Shown here piece by piece: positions 49,944 to 59,858 of a stretch of DNA of 64,000 bases. Made by a program: the position numbers and the translations under genes. How positions within the stretch are numbered: position 1 is the first letter of the stretch; each line of letters opens with the position of its first letter. The notes under the pieces were generated by a model. It was not told the DNA's origin. It saw only the letters and a program-made list of their open reading frames with translations, and ran no database searches. The stretch is from an uncultured bacterium (GTDB lineage: Bacteria > JAGOEH01 > CAYLKS01), in the NCBI GenBank assembly GCA_964384205.1, contig CAYLKS010000008.1, forward strand, positions 1,852 through 65,851. Direction: 5' to 3'.

Positions 49944-50540
49944 TTAGAATTTTAGTCCAACTTTTATAGGAACAAAAGAGATGTTGTTATCTTTTGTTTT
50001 TAAATAATAGAAATTGATATCGAGGAAAAGATTTGTATTTTCTAATAGTAGATTAGCACCTAATCCAAAGTGAATATAAAAAGATGTGGTGTTAACAGAT
50101 TTGATATCTATCACGTTGTTAGAATCTGCAAAAATTTTTATATCATCAGAGGAAGTTTTGTGTAAACCGGCTCCGGCAATTATATATGGAAGTACATTGG
50201 CTTCATCATTAAAAGGAACAATTTTTTCAAAAGAAGCACCGATGTTTATAATATTTATATAATCGCCACCTGTTAAGAGACTTTTTTCTGGAGCGAGATT
50301 AAGAAATTCTAAATAATCTCTTGCAGTGATTGGTGTTCGAGCAAATTCAAAATTTATAAAAGCATCTAAATTTGTTAAGATGTGTTTTCCTGCACTTCCA
50401 GACATAAGAACGCCACTGGAATATCCATTTCGTAAAGTATCAGGAGAAACAATGTTAAAAGTGCCAATTCCTACTTTATAAATCGGTTTTGTATATGATA
50501 TAGAAAACAAAATAGTCAGAATAAGAATAATTTTTTTCAT
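49944..50540 (-). CDS. Small outer-membrane beta-barrel protein
   Basis: Signal peptide MKKIILILTILFSISYT, alternating amphipathic strands, C-terminal ...IKVGLKF (terminal Phe). Confidence 0.5.
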   Translation of the reverse strand: MKKIILILTILFSISYTKPIYKVGIGTFNIVSPDTLRNGYSSGVLMSGSAGKHILTNLDAFINFEFARTPITARDYLEFLNLAPEKSLLTGGDYINIINIGASFEKIVPFNDEANVLPYIIAGAGLHKTSSDDIKIFADSNNVIDIKSVNTTSFYIHFGLGANLLLENTNLFLDINFYYLKTKDNNISFVPIKVGLKF

Positions 50541-50553
50541 TGAACAAACTCCT

Positions 50554-52062
50554 TTATTTATTTAGTTTATTACCATAATTAAGCCATGGATCAGTTGTGT
50601 ATTTTGGAAATGAAGGCACTACAATAGTAAATGGCACGTTTTTTTGGTATACAAAAAGGTCAATTCTGCTTAATTTAATTTTATTGAAAGCTTCTGTATC
50701 GATAAAAATATTTTTAGAATACTTTTTTTGTAATGAATCCACAAGAGGATTAAGATATTTATCAATAACTTCCAGATCTGATAGTGAATCTGGTATATTT
50801 TGATTTTTTAAATACTCTGTTACAAAATATTTTGCAGTTATTGCATCTTTCCACATATTATAATTTCTTTGTACTACTGGAATTTTATCATAATTTTTTT
50901 TATAAGCATATTCTGTGATGTATCTATCGCGGACAAGGTCTGCAATTGCTAATTTTAGTTGTAGAGGGAATTCTGCAGGAGACATTCTCCTTTTTCTAAA
51001 GACAAGTGGATGTTTTTCAAGCTCATTAAAAAAGCGTTCTACAGTCCATATTTTCCCATCTATTTCTAAAAATGGCATATTTTTAATTTTTTCTTTTTCA
51101 TTAAAATAATTTACAGCAATAGTAGAATCTTGTTCTTTTTTAAAAATGATTTTCAAGAAAGCGTCTTTTTGTTCTTTTTCCGGCACTAAATAAATAGGTT
51201 TTAAAATTTCTACTACTTTGAAAAAGGCATCATCAACGAGCCGCATTTCTTTATCAGCCATGATAGAGGATACGAGGTTGGAATATATTTCCGATGCTTT
51301 ATATTCTTTTAATTTGCTTTTAACATCATTCCATCTTTGAGATTTTTGCTTTTCAGTAACTGCCACCTGTTCTGTCCATCCAACTATTTTAGCAAAAATA
51401 TTATAATTTTTATCCAGATGCATTACTGGAAGTAGCTCGCCTCTTTGGTGATCTGTAGAAAAGAATGTTTTTATAATGGTTTCATTGGGTTCTTTAAAAA
51501 AATCTATTTCTCTCTGAGGAATGGAATCAGAATGTGCTAATTTTTTATAGATATTTTCTAATGGGACTTTTTGTTCATATAATAAATGAGCAATTTCCTG
51601 AGCAGCACTATCATTTTGTATTGTAATATATTTAATTTTATATTTTCGGCCACTAAAATTATAATATTTTTTAGTAATGGAATCGGGAATAATTGCTTTT
51701 TTATAGGCTTCATTATAAAACAACCATTGGCGCATAGCTTGTTCTTTTCTACCGATTAGATAATTTTGTAAGACTTCTTTTTTTAGAATAGATGCAGTAT
51801 CGCCTGCCTCAAGTGCGAACATCTTTTCTGCAATTAAGGAATTCAAAATTATTTTCTTTTCAAGGCCAGTAGATCCTTTACAATATCTTGGCCTGATAGT
51901 ATACTCAGCTCTTCTGATAAATTCTCCAACAGAAATATCTTTAGATGCAATTTTGGCTAAAATTTTTTCTTGTGCTAATGAGTCTTCTTGTTTTTCTATT
52001 TTTGAACAACTAAAAGTAAAAATAAATATTATACTAATAAAAGTTAAAATGTACCATTTCAT
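50554..52062 (-). CDS. Hypothetical lipoprotein (502 aa)
   Basis: Signal peptide with lipobox FSCS. No confident domain. Confidence 0.35.
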   Translation of the reverse strand: MKWYILTFISIIFIFTFSCSKIEKQEDSLAQEKILAKIASKDISVGEFIRRAEYTIRPRYCKGSTGLEKKIILNSLIAEKMFALEAGDTASILKKEVLQNYLIGRKEQAMRQWLFYNEAYKKAIIPDSITKKYYNFSGRKYKIKYITIQNDSAAQEIAHLLYEQKVPLENIYKKLAHSDSIPQREIDFFKEPNETIIKTFFSTDHQRGELLPVMHLDKNYNIFAKIVGWTEQVAVTEKQKSQRWNDVKSKLKEYKASEIYSNLVSSIMADKEMRLVDDAFFKVVEILKPIYLVPEKEQKDAFLKIIFKKEQDSTIAVNYFNEKEKIKNMPFLEIDGKIWTVERFFNELEKHPLVFRKRRMSPAEFPLQLKLAIADLVRDRYITEYAYKKNYDKIPVVQRNYNMWKDAITAKYFVTEYLKNQNIPDSLSDLEVIDKYLNPLVDSLQKKYSKNIFIDTEAFNKIKLSRIDLFVYQKNVPFTIVVPSFPKYTTDPWLNYGNKLNK

Positions 52063-52285
52063 ATAGACTCCTTTTTAATAAAAATTAATTAATAATATAA
52101 TGTTATCAAATTTAAAATAAGTCAATACTTTTTTATTATTGTTAATTCTCTAAATTAACCTATTTTTATAAAAATATTTTTTAAATATTAAATAATTTTA
52201 AAAAGTTCTTGCATTTTTAGGAAAAAATCTTATATTCGAAAATAGATGTGGAAATATATTTAATTATAAATAAAAACAAGGAGTT

Positions 52286-53533
52286 ATGATGAAAAATTTA
52301 AAATTAAACTTAGATAATGAAAATAGGGTAAATATAAAAAGAAAAGTAAGAAAAAATTTAATATTATCCACAGTAATAGAAAAATCTCCTATATCTATTT
52401 CACAAATAGCTAAAATTACTGGTTTTAATATGCCAACTGCTACATCCTTGGTTGAAGAGTTAGTTCAAGAAGGGTATTTACAGAAAATTGGAGTCGGAAA
52501 GTCCACAGGAGGTAGGCCACCTGTACTTTATAGAATAAATCCAGAATCAAAGTATATAGTAGGGGTGGACCTTGGCCGTTCTACTACTAATATTGTTTTA
52601 ATAAATCTGGAACAGAATTTGTTGATAAAAAAATCATATAAAACAGGAAATATTGATAATAAAGAAGCATCAGTTGATAAATTAGTTAATAATGTAAACG
52701 ATATAATAGCAGAAGCAAATATTGCAAAAGAAAAAATTTTGGGTGTAGGTGTTGCTATTCCGGGTTTGATAGAAAAAGAAACAGGGCGTTCTATTACCTA
52801 TTTTGATTTTGGGCCGGAACAAACAATTCAGCAAATTTTAAGCGATAAATTAGGATTGTTTGTGAAGATAGAAAATGATGCAAGAGTTATGGCTCTGGGA
52901 GAACAACATTTTGGGTTAGCTAAAAATGTTCCCAATGCCTTATGTTTGAACCTTGGGTGGGGTATCGGCTTAGGGCTTATAATTGATGGAAAAATATATT
53001 CTGGTAATAATGGATTTGCTGGAGAATTTGGTCATATTATAGTAGATGAACATGGTCCATTATGTCATTGTGGGAAAAAAGGATGTTTGGAAACTGTAGC
53101 TTCCGGGCATGCTATAGCAGAGATAGCCAAAAAAGCTTTAAAAGAAGGCGCAGCGTCAAAGATATTGGAATCTGTAAATGATATAGAAGAGGTAACAGCA
53201 TTCACAGTTGTTGAAAATGCTAAACAGGGCGATATTTTTTCAATTGAGATATTAGAACGAACTGGTATATATATAGGGCAAGCATTATCAATTGTTATAA
53301 ATTTATTTGATCCTGCAATTATTATTATCGGCGGATCTCTTGCTCATGCCGGTCGTTTTATTCTTAACCCTATTATAACTGCTTCATCTAAAATGTCCAG
53401 GCCTCATATTAATGAAAAAGTAAAAATAGTTACATCTCAAATTGGCCCGATAGCAGGCGCATTAGGTGCTACTACTTTAATTACTAAAGAAATATTGGAA
53501 ACAGATCATATTAACCTTGCTACTTTTGTATAG
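52286..53533 (+). CDS. ROK-family transcriptional regulator (NagC/XylR type)
   Basis: N-terminal HTH (ISQIAKITGFNMPTATSLVEELVQEGYL), glycine-rich sugar-kinase fold and the ROK zinc motif GHIIVDEHGPLCHCGKKGCLE. Confidence 0.8.
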   Translation: MMKNLKLNLDNENRVNIKRKVRKNLILSTVIEKSPISISQIAKITGFNMPTATSLVEELVQEGYLQKIGVGKSTGGRPPVLYRINPESKYIVGVDLGRSTTNIVLINLEQNLLIKKSYKTGNIDNKEASVDKLVNNVNDIIAEANIAKEKILGVGVAIPGLIEKETGRSITYFDFGPEQTIQQILSDKLGLFVKIENDARVMALGEQHFGLAKNVPNALCLNLGWGIGLGLIIDGKIYSGNNGFAGEFGHIIVDEHGPLCHCGKKGCLETVASGHAIAEIAKKALKEGAASKILESVNDIEEVTAFTVVENAKQGDIFSIEILERTGIYIGQALSIVINLFDPAIIIIGGSLAHAGRFILNPIITASSKMSRPHINEKVKIVTSQIGPIAGALGATTLITKEILETDHINLATFV

Positions 53534-53549
53534 AATTAAGGTGGAAATT

Positions 53550-55061
53550 ATGAAAAGATTTCGATATTTAATTTTTCTTGTTTTTTATTTTATTGTTATA
53601 AATGCTGATGAAAAGGGTGTATATTTTCCTATAAAACAATATACACCATCTATAATTCCCTCTTTTGAAAAAATAAAAAATAAAATTCCTCAACCTATTT
53701 TAACTCAGGATAAAGGTTTTATTGATTTATATTATTTTACATGGGAGCTTGCCTGGAAACATATAAAAAAGCCGCCTAAGAATTCTCCTTTTGTATCTGA
53801 TTTTATTGATGAAGCATTCAATGCTAATATTTTTCAATGGGATACTCATTTTATGATACTTTTCTGGAGATATATCTATTATATTTTTCCGGCTATAAAT
53901 TCTCATAATAATTTTTACCGTACTCAAGCTGAAGATGGGTATATATGCCGAGAAATCCAGGAAAAAGACGGTAATTATTTTTTCTATGAAGGGAAAGAAA
54001 ATACAATTAATCCTCCTCTTTTCCCATGGGTAGAATTTGAGTATTTTAAATTTTCAGATGATACCTCGAGGTTTTCTATTATCTATGAATCATTAAAAAA
54101 ATATGGAGAATGGCTTGATAAAAATAGAGTTTCCAGAATAAATAAGAATCTTTACTGGCAAACTAATTTAGGTTCTGGTATGGATAATTCCCCAAGATTT
54201 GGGGCAGCATGGATAGATATGTCTTCTCAAATGGTGTTATATTATGAATATTTAGAGAAAATTGCCAGAATGTTAAAAAAAGAAAAGGATGCTGAGTATT
54301 TTGCACAGAAATATAAAGACATTGCTTTTGAGATAAATAAACTTATGTGGGATGATTCTGCCGGTCTTTATTTTGATTTAGATGGAAAAAATCAAAAAAC
54401 TTTTGTGCCGACAATTGCTTCATTTTGGCCATTGCTTGCGGGAATTGCAGATAAAAAGCAAGCAGATAAATTAGTGATGAATTTGAAGGATACGGCACAA
54501 TTTTTTAGAAAAATCCCGGTTGCCACTTTATCTGCAAAACATAAATTTTATTCTTCAAAAGGAAATTATTGGAGAGGGAGTGTTTGGGCTTCAACTAATT
54601 ATATGGTTATAAGAGGATTGAGAAATTACCATTTTGAAGATTTTTTATATCAACTTTCATATCGTTATTTAAAAGGGGTTTATGAAGTATTTAAAAAAAC
54701 ACATACTTTATGGGAGAATTACTCCCCGGATTATTATTCTCCCGGAGATATTGCAAAGCCTGATTTTGTTGGATGGACTGGTCTTGTGCCGATTTCTATT
54801 TTAATAGAAAATATATTAGGAATAGAAGTGAATGCTCCTGAAAATACAATAACGTGGTTTATTAATAGAAAAGATAAACATGGTATAAAAAATTTATATT
54901 TTGGCGGAAATTGTGTTTCTCTGATAGCAAATGAGCGGCAGTTAGAGGACGAAATTCCTGTAATAGAAGTAAAGACACGCTCTCCTTTCTGGCTAATTAT
55001 TAAAGTAAAAGATTATTCAAAAAAATATTTTATTCAAAAAGATACAATAATAGTAAATTAA
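53550..55061 (+). CDS. Putative secreted (alpha/alpha)6-barrel glycoside hydrolase (GH63/trehalase-like). Start moved to ATG 53550 with RBS aaggtgg.
   Basis: Signal peptide MKRFRYLIFLVFYFIVINA. Trp/Tyr/Phe-rich helical repeats typical of GH63/GH37-type barrels. Weak by-eye family call. Confidence 0.35.
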   Translation: MKRFRYLIFLVFYFIVINADEKGVYFPIKQYTPSIIPSFEKIKNKIPQPILTQDKGFIDLYYFTWELAWKHIKKPPKNSPFVSDFIDEAFNANIFQWDTHFMILFWRYIYYIFPAINSHNNFYRTQAEDGYICREIQEKDGNYFFYEGKENTINPPLFPWVEFEYFKFSDDTSRFSIIYESLKKYGEWLDKNRVSRINKNLYWQTNLGSGMDNSPRFGAAWIDMSSQMVLYYEYLEKIARMLKKEKDAEYFAQKYKDIAFEINKLMWDDSAGLYFDLDGKNQKTFVPTIASFWPLLAGIADKKQADKLVMNLKDTAQFFRKIPVATLSAKHKFYSSKGNYWRGSVWASTNYMVIRGLRNYHFEDFLYQLSYRYLKGVYEVFKKTHTLWENYSPDYYSPGDIAKPDFVGWTGLVPISILIENILGIEVNAPENTITWFINRKDKHGIKNLYFGGNCVSLIANERQLEDEIPVIEVKTRSPFWLIIKVKDYSKKYFIQKDTIIVN

Positions 55062-55072
55062 AATATAGTTTA

Positions 55073-55112
55073 TATCCCCCCATCAAACTATGAGGGGATA
55101 TGATATTTTTTT
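55073..55112. terminator. Hairpin terminator between convergent genes
   Basis: tatcccc(c)/ggggata stem at 55073-55100 followed by a 7-T run (55106-55112). Confidence 0.5.
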
Positions 55113-55125
55113 CAGGATAAGTTTT

Positions 55126-56736
55126 TTATTTCAAAAGTATGATTTTTTCAGTTAACGTTTTTTGTCTATTTATTTTTAATACTAAAAGATAAATACCATT
55201 TGAGAGCTTATTCTTTTTATTGTCATAACCATTCCATATAAAATTACATTTATTATCTTTTGCTATACCATTATATATGGATTTAACAAATCTTCCTGTT
55301 ATATCATATATTGAAATATCAATATTTTTATTAGCTATATTATTTATTGAGATATTTATTATATTATTAAAAGGATTTGGATATACTTTTATATTGATCT
55401 GTTTAGTAGTTGATTCTTGATGTTCATTTATGCGAGTGCCTGTAATGGTATGAAAATTGATAATTAGAGAATCGCCGGCAATACCATCATTATCAGGATC
55501 TATTAAATTACCATTATAATCTTTGGCAATAGAACCATCAATAATCAATTTATAGTCAGTATCATACTGGTATTTAATAGGATATACTTTAAGCATTTTA
55601 AAGGCATATGCCCATTTTAATTTAACACTATCTAAAGGAGGATCGAAGTATATAGCTTTTTCAGTATCATTCTTAGACATTTTTCTGGTAAAAGAAAAGA
55701 TGAAATAATTCCCCTTTTGCATATTATTTATATCTGCATTTGCTGATAAGGTGTAAGTTAAAGTTGTAGGGCTTAGATTCCTCACATTTTGAAAATCAAC
55801 TTGAGTAAATGCAGTATCAACTACATCAACAGTTTCTGCTATAGATTGGAAACCTTCTTTTTCAATTTTTATTATTGCCTGTCCTGCTGGAAAATTTTCG
55901 AAAAAATAAAATCCATTCTTTACAGAATCATTAGGGATAAATCCCACGAGAGATTGCCACCAGTTATTATCATCATCTGTAATACCTATATTATTTGTAT
56001 CTGTAATAAATTCCATGGTATCGGTGGCATTATAAATTGTAACTTTTACATTTTTCATACAATTACCAAATTCATCGGTAATTTGGCCGAATATTGTTGA
56101 TGAACTTGGTCGCGGCTGGTTATAAAATTTTAAATAAGAATAAAAAATAGCTTTTGCTTCTAATTTTAAATATTTTTCACTATTGAGCCTCATAATTTCA
56201 TCGTAGTAATCCCAGAATGATGCTTCAGAAAGCACTCCTTTCATATTTAAATATTTTAAAACACCATAATTAAATCCGACAAGATCATAATCAGCATAAA
56301 CTTTATATGAGGTTGTATATAAAGCATCGTAAATTAGAGGAGACATTATATTACACATTAATATATTATCGTCTTTGTGTATCCCGGAATAATTTTTACT
56401 ATATAAAACCATAGTATAATTTGATTGAGCATTATAGGCATTATGATGTATAGATTGAAAAAAATCAGCATTAAAAGAATTGGCTATTTGGTCTCTATCG
56501 TATAATCCTAAAACAGCTGTGGTATCTTCATGAGTTAGTAATACATCAGCGCCGTAATCATTTAAATAATTTTTTAAATATTTTGCAACTCTAATATTAA
56601 TTCGGGCCTCATAAGGTTTATCTTGAGGGTACTTTCCATGTCCTGGGTCAAGGCAGATTTTAATACCAGATAGATCTTGAGCGAATAACATATTAATAGT
56701 GAAAATAAATAATATAGTGTAGTATATAATTTTCAT
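55126..56736 (-). CDS. N-acetylmuramoyl-L-alanine amidase (amidase_3) with C-terminal T9SS sorting domain. Probable start at 56736.
   Basis: Amidase_3 motif ICLDPGHG near the N-terminus. C-terminal T9SS CTD KVYPNPFNNIINISI...DISIYDITGRFV...LSNGIYLLVLKIN...KIILLK. Start MKIIYYTILFIFTINMLFAQ has RBS ggggagaaggga, whereas the ORF-track start at 56772 overlaps the upstream gene. Confidence 0.7.
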   Translation of the reverse strand: MKIIYYTILFIFTINMLFAQDLSGIKICLDPGHGKYPQDKPYEARINIRVAKYLKNYLNDYGADVLLTHEDTTAVLGLYDRDQIANSFNADFFQSIHHNAYNAQSNYTMVLYSKNYSGIHKDDNILMCNIMSPLIYDALYTTSYKVYADYDLVGFNYGVLKYLNMKGVLSEASFWDYYDEIMRLNSEKYLKLEAKAIFYSYLKFYNQPRPSSSTIFGQITDEFGNCMKNVKVTIYNATDTMEFITDTNNIGITDDDNNWWQSLVGFIPNDSVKNGFYFFENFPAGQAIIKIEKEGFQSIAETVDVVDTAFTQVDFQNVRNLSPTTLTYTLSANADINNMQKGNYFIFSFTRKMSKNDTEKAIYFDPPLDSVKLKWAYAFKMLKVYPIKYQYDTDYKLIIDGSIAKDYNGNLIDPDNDGIAGDSLIINFHTITGTRINEHQESTTKQINIKVYPNPFNNIINISINNIANKNIDISIYDITGRFVKSIYNGIAKDNKCNFIWNGYDNKKNKLSNGIYLLVLKINRQKTLTEKIILLK

Positions 56737-56755
56737 GATCCCTTCTCCCCTATTT

Positions 56756-57652
56756 TTATTTGACAAGTTCACAGAAATAAACTTTGCTACTTTTTATATC
56801 TTCAAAGATGATATATCTATTATCATTAGAAATAGATGGATTAACAGGAATAAAATTATCCAGGCCATCTATTGGGATTATATCAGAACTTGTAACATCA
56901 TAAATATATAATTTAGACTCAGTATAAACATGCCCATCGTCTTTTGTTTGAGCCATTACTATATATTTCCCATCTTTACTAATCGTAGGCATTACAAAAT
57001 CGCCAATTTCTTTTATATTACCATTTTTAAAGAAAATTTTAAGCGGGCCACCTGCTACTTTAGTAACTAAAAATTTGCCATTATGTTCTATTTGTGGAGC
57101 AAGTAATATTTGATTTTGATTTGCTATTTTAAAATCTGAGTTTAAAAAAATTCTACCATTATAAGAAATACAATCTTGTTTATTGAATGGAATTGTTTTA
57201 TCAAGTTTTTTTTGAATGTTTATGACTTTTTTATTATTTGATTGATAATATACTACATTATTCCCATCTATTAAAGGAGTAGAAATATCTCTTTGGTAAT
57301 CAGTTAAAGGAATTATAGAATTACTTTTAATATCAATCAGAGATATTCTATAGAATTTACGTTTGTTTTTATATTTTTCTTCTCTGCAAATAATATTATT
57401 TTCGTCATTGGACCATTTGTAATTATACCCGATCCCCGGATAATCAAAACTATCAATTACTTTAAGTTCTGGAAATGAGAAAATAATAATTCTTTGATAT
57501 CCTGGTGTTGTTGCTGAAATATAGTGATTGTTTGGGGAAAATTTTGGCTCGATTAATTCTTTTTCGCTTATTGGTCCTACAATATTTTTTACCTGAAATG
57601 GAAATATGGTACTATACAATAATAAAAACAAAAAGATAAATTTACTTTGCAT
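56756..57652 (-). CDS. PD40/TolB-like beta-propeller repeat protein, secreted
   Basis: Signal peptide; repeated SP(N/D)xxYI units (KFSPNNHYISAT, TISKDGKYIVMAQ, NPSISNDNRYIIFED). Confidence 0.5.
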   Translation of the reverse strand: MQSKFIFLFLLLYSTIFPFQVKNIVGPISEKELIEPKFSPNNHYISATTPGYQRIIIFSFPELKVIDSFDYPGIGYNYKWSNDENNIICREEKYKNKRKFYRISLIDIKSNSIIPLTDYQRDISTPLIDGNNVVYYQSNNKKVINIQKKLDKTIPFNKQDCISYNGRIFLNSDFKIANQNQILLAPQIEHNGKFLVTKVAGGPLKIFFKNGNIKEIGDFVMPTISKDGKYIVMAQTKDDGHVYTESKLYIYDVTSSDIIPIDGLDNFIPVNPSISNDNRYIIFEDIKSSKVYFCELVK

Positions 57653-57675
57653 TTATTCCCTCCTCCGTGGATTTT

Positions 57676-58716
57676 TTAAAATTCTACTTTATTAAGACTT
57701 AATGGTTCTCCTTTTTTAATATTGCATTTAGCTTTTTTATTTAAAATGAATTGTAGAAATTCTGGTTTTAAACCCTTGGCAGGTCTTACAGTTTGTATGT
57801 TATCTAAAGTCAGATTTTCACCTTTTTTTATATTTTTTGTTGCAAAAATAGATGGTCTGTAATTTAAATTTTCCAGTTCATTTTCGTTAGGTCCATATTT
57901 TACATTACCTAATGCAGCCTCTATTTTTCTGATTGATTTAACAAGAGATTTAAGTTCATGTGGTTCAATTGAAAAAGGAGAATCTGGACTTGGTAAAGTT
58001 TTGTCAATAGTAAAATGTTTTTCAATTATTTTAGCTCCTAATGCTACAGAGGCGATTGCAATTTCATTCCCAATAGAGTGATCAGAAAGGCCAACAAGAG
58101 TATTAAAAGATTTTTGCAAATGCGGCATTGTAATTAAATTAAAATCTTTTTCATCTGCTGGATATGAACTAATACATTTTAATAAAATCAAATTATTGTG
58201 ATATTTTCTTATAATTTCCACTGCTTTAGCAATTTCTGAAAAAGTAGCCATACCTGTTGATAATATAATAGGTTTATTTTTTGATGCAATATATTCAATA
58301 AGAGGAATATCAATTATTTCGAAGGAAGAAATTTTATAAGCAGGTACATTTATTGATTCTAAGAAATCAACAGCACTTTCGTCAAAGGGAGTTGAAAAAA
58401 ATATTAAGCCAGATTTTTCTGCATATTCTTTTAATTTTATTTGCCACTCCCATGGCATATATGCTTTTTTATATAATTCATATAGGGTTGTTGCTCCCCA
58501 GAAATTGCTACGTTTGATTTTAAAAATATCAGAAGTTGAATTAATGGTAATAGTATCTGGGGTATACGTTTGCAATTTTATTGCATCTGCTCCACTTTCT
58601 TTTGCAGCATCTATAATTTTATATGCAATATCAATTTTCTGGCAATGATTTGCAGACATTTCAGCAACTATAAATACAGATGAATTTTGAGAGATTTCAA
58701 AATTAGCTATTTTCAT
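57676..58716 (-). CDS. pseI: Nonulosonic acid (pseudaminic/legionaminic/N-acetylneuraminic) synthase, NeuB family
   Basis: MKIANFEISQNSSVFIVAEMSANHCQKIDIAYKIIDAAKESGADAIKLQTY parallels the PseI/NeuB N-terminus. C-terminal SAF domain present. Confidence 0.85.
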   Translation of the reverse strand: MKIANFEISQNSSVFIVAEMSANHCQKIDIAYKIIDAAKESGADAIKLQTYTPDTITINSTSDIFKIKRSNFWGATTLYELYKKAYMPWEWQIKLKEYAEKSGLIFFSTPFDESAVDFLESINVPAYKISSFEIIDIPLIEYIASKNKPIILSTGMATFSEIAKAVEIIRKYHNNLILLKCISSYPADEKDFNLITMPHLQKSFNTLVGLSDHSIGNEIAIASVALGAKIIEKHFTIDKTLPSPDSPFSIEPHELKSLVKSIRKIEAALGNVKYGPNENELENLNYRPSIFATKNIKKGENLTLDNIQTVRPAKGLKPEFLQFILNKKAKCNIKKGEPLSLNKVEF

Positions 58717-59858
58717 TTTATTAAAAAATCCTTTACAGTTTTAATCACATGATTGATTTCTTTTTCTGTTAATGAATAATATATTGGTAAACTTACCACT
58801 TTATTATAAAAATCCATAGTATTAGGCAAATTTTTTTTATTATAACCTAATTTTTGATAATAAGGTTGCATAACTATAGGAATATAATGCACCTGTAACA
58901 TGATACCTCGATTTTTGAAAAATTCAAACATATCCTCTTTTGTTTTTTTTATCTTATTAAAGTTTACTAAAATAGGGTATAAATGGTAAGCATATTCTTT
59001 GGCATCTTCTTTATGGATAATTTTGATCTCTTCTAAATTTTTAAAATTTTTATCGTAAATATGAGCTATTTCTTTCCTTCTTTTAATAAAATTTTCTATT
59101 TTATTTAATTGAGAAATTCCCAGGGCACATTGAAAATCTGTTAATCTATAATTGAATCCAAGCTGTTGCATTTCATAATACCACGGAGAATGTATATTTT
59201 GTTTATTTATGAAATTATTTTTATTTTTTGTTATACCGTGATTTCTTAGAATGAGTAATTTTTTATACAATATTTCATTATTTGTCAATATAGCACCACC
59301 TTCACCTGTAGTAATAGTTTTTACAGGGTGAAAACTGAAAGTAGTTAAATCTGCCTGTCCGCCTATTGGTTGATTTTTATATTTGCTACCAAGGGAATGA
59401 GCAGCATCTGAGATTGTATATAATGAATATTTTTTGGCAATAGAATTGATTTTATCATAGTCAACAGGAATTCCAGCATAATCAACAGATATTATAAGTT
59501 TAGTTTTACTATTTATTCTTTTTTCAATTTCATTTATGTCTATAATAGGATGGTCTTTTTTTATATCTACAAAAACTGGCTTAATATTATTATAAAGCAT
59601 AGCATTGGCAGTAGCGACAAATGATAATGCTGTGGTTATCCCATTATAGCCTTTTTCTAATTCTAAGGTTTTAACTGCCAGATGAAGTGCTGCAGTGCCA
59701 TTTGCAACACTTACAGCATATTTAACTTTACAATATTGGGCAAGCTTTTTTTCAAATTCAGCGACTTTTTCTCCTTGGGTAATCATGGGAGATTTTAGTG
59801 TTTTAATGACTTCTTCAATATCATCAGATGTTATATGTTGTTTTCCATAATAAATCAT
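58713..59858 (-). CDS. pseC: DegT/DnrJ/EryC1-family PLP-dependent sugar aminotransferase (PseC/LegC-like)
   Basis: N-terminal IYYGKQHITSDDIEEV, PLP-lysine region FSFHPVKTITTGEGG. Confidence 0.8.
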   Translation of the reverse strand: MIYYGKQHITSDDIEEVIKTLKSPMITQGEKVAEFEKKLAQYCKVKYAVSVANGTAALHLAVKTLELEKGYNGITTALSFVATANAMLYNNIKPVFVDIKKDHPIIDINEIEKRINSKTKLIISVDYAGIPVDYDKINSIAKKYSLYTISDAAHSLGSKYKNQPIGGQADLTTFSFHPVKTITTGEGGAILTNNEILYKKLLILRNHGITKNKNNFINKQNIHSPWYYEMQQLGFNYRLTDFQCALGISQLNKIENFIKRRKEIAHIYDKNFKNLEEIKIIHKEDAKEYAYHLYPILVNFNKIKKTKEDMFEFFKNRGIMLQVHYIPIVMQPYYQKLGYNKKNLPNTMDFYNKVVSLPIYYSLTEKEINHVIKTVKDFLIK

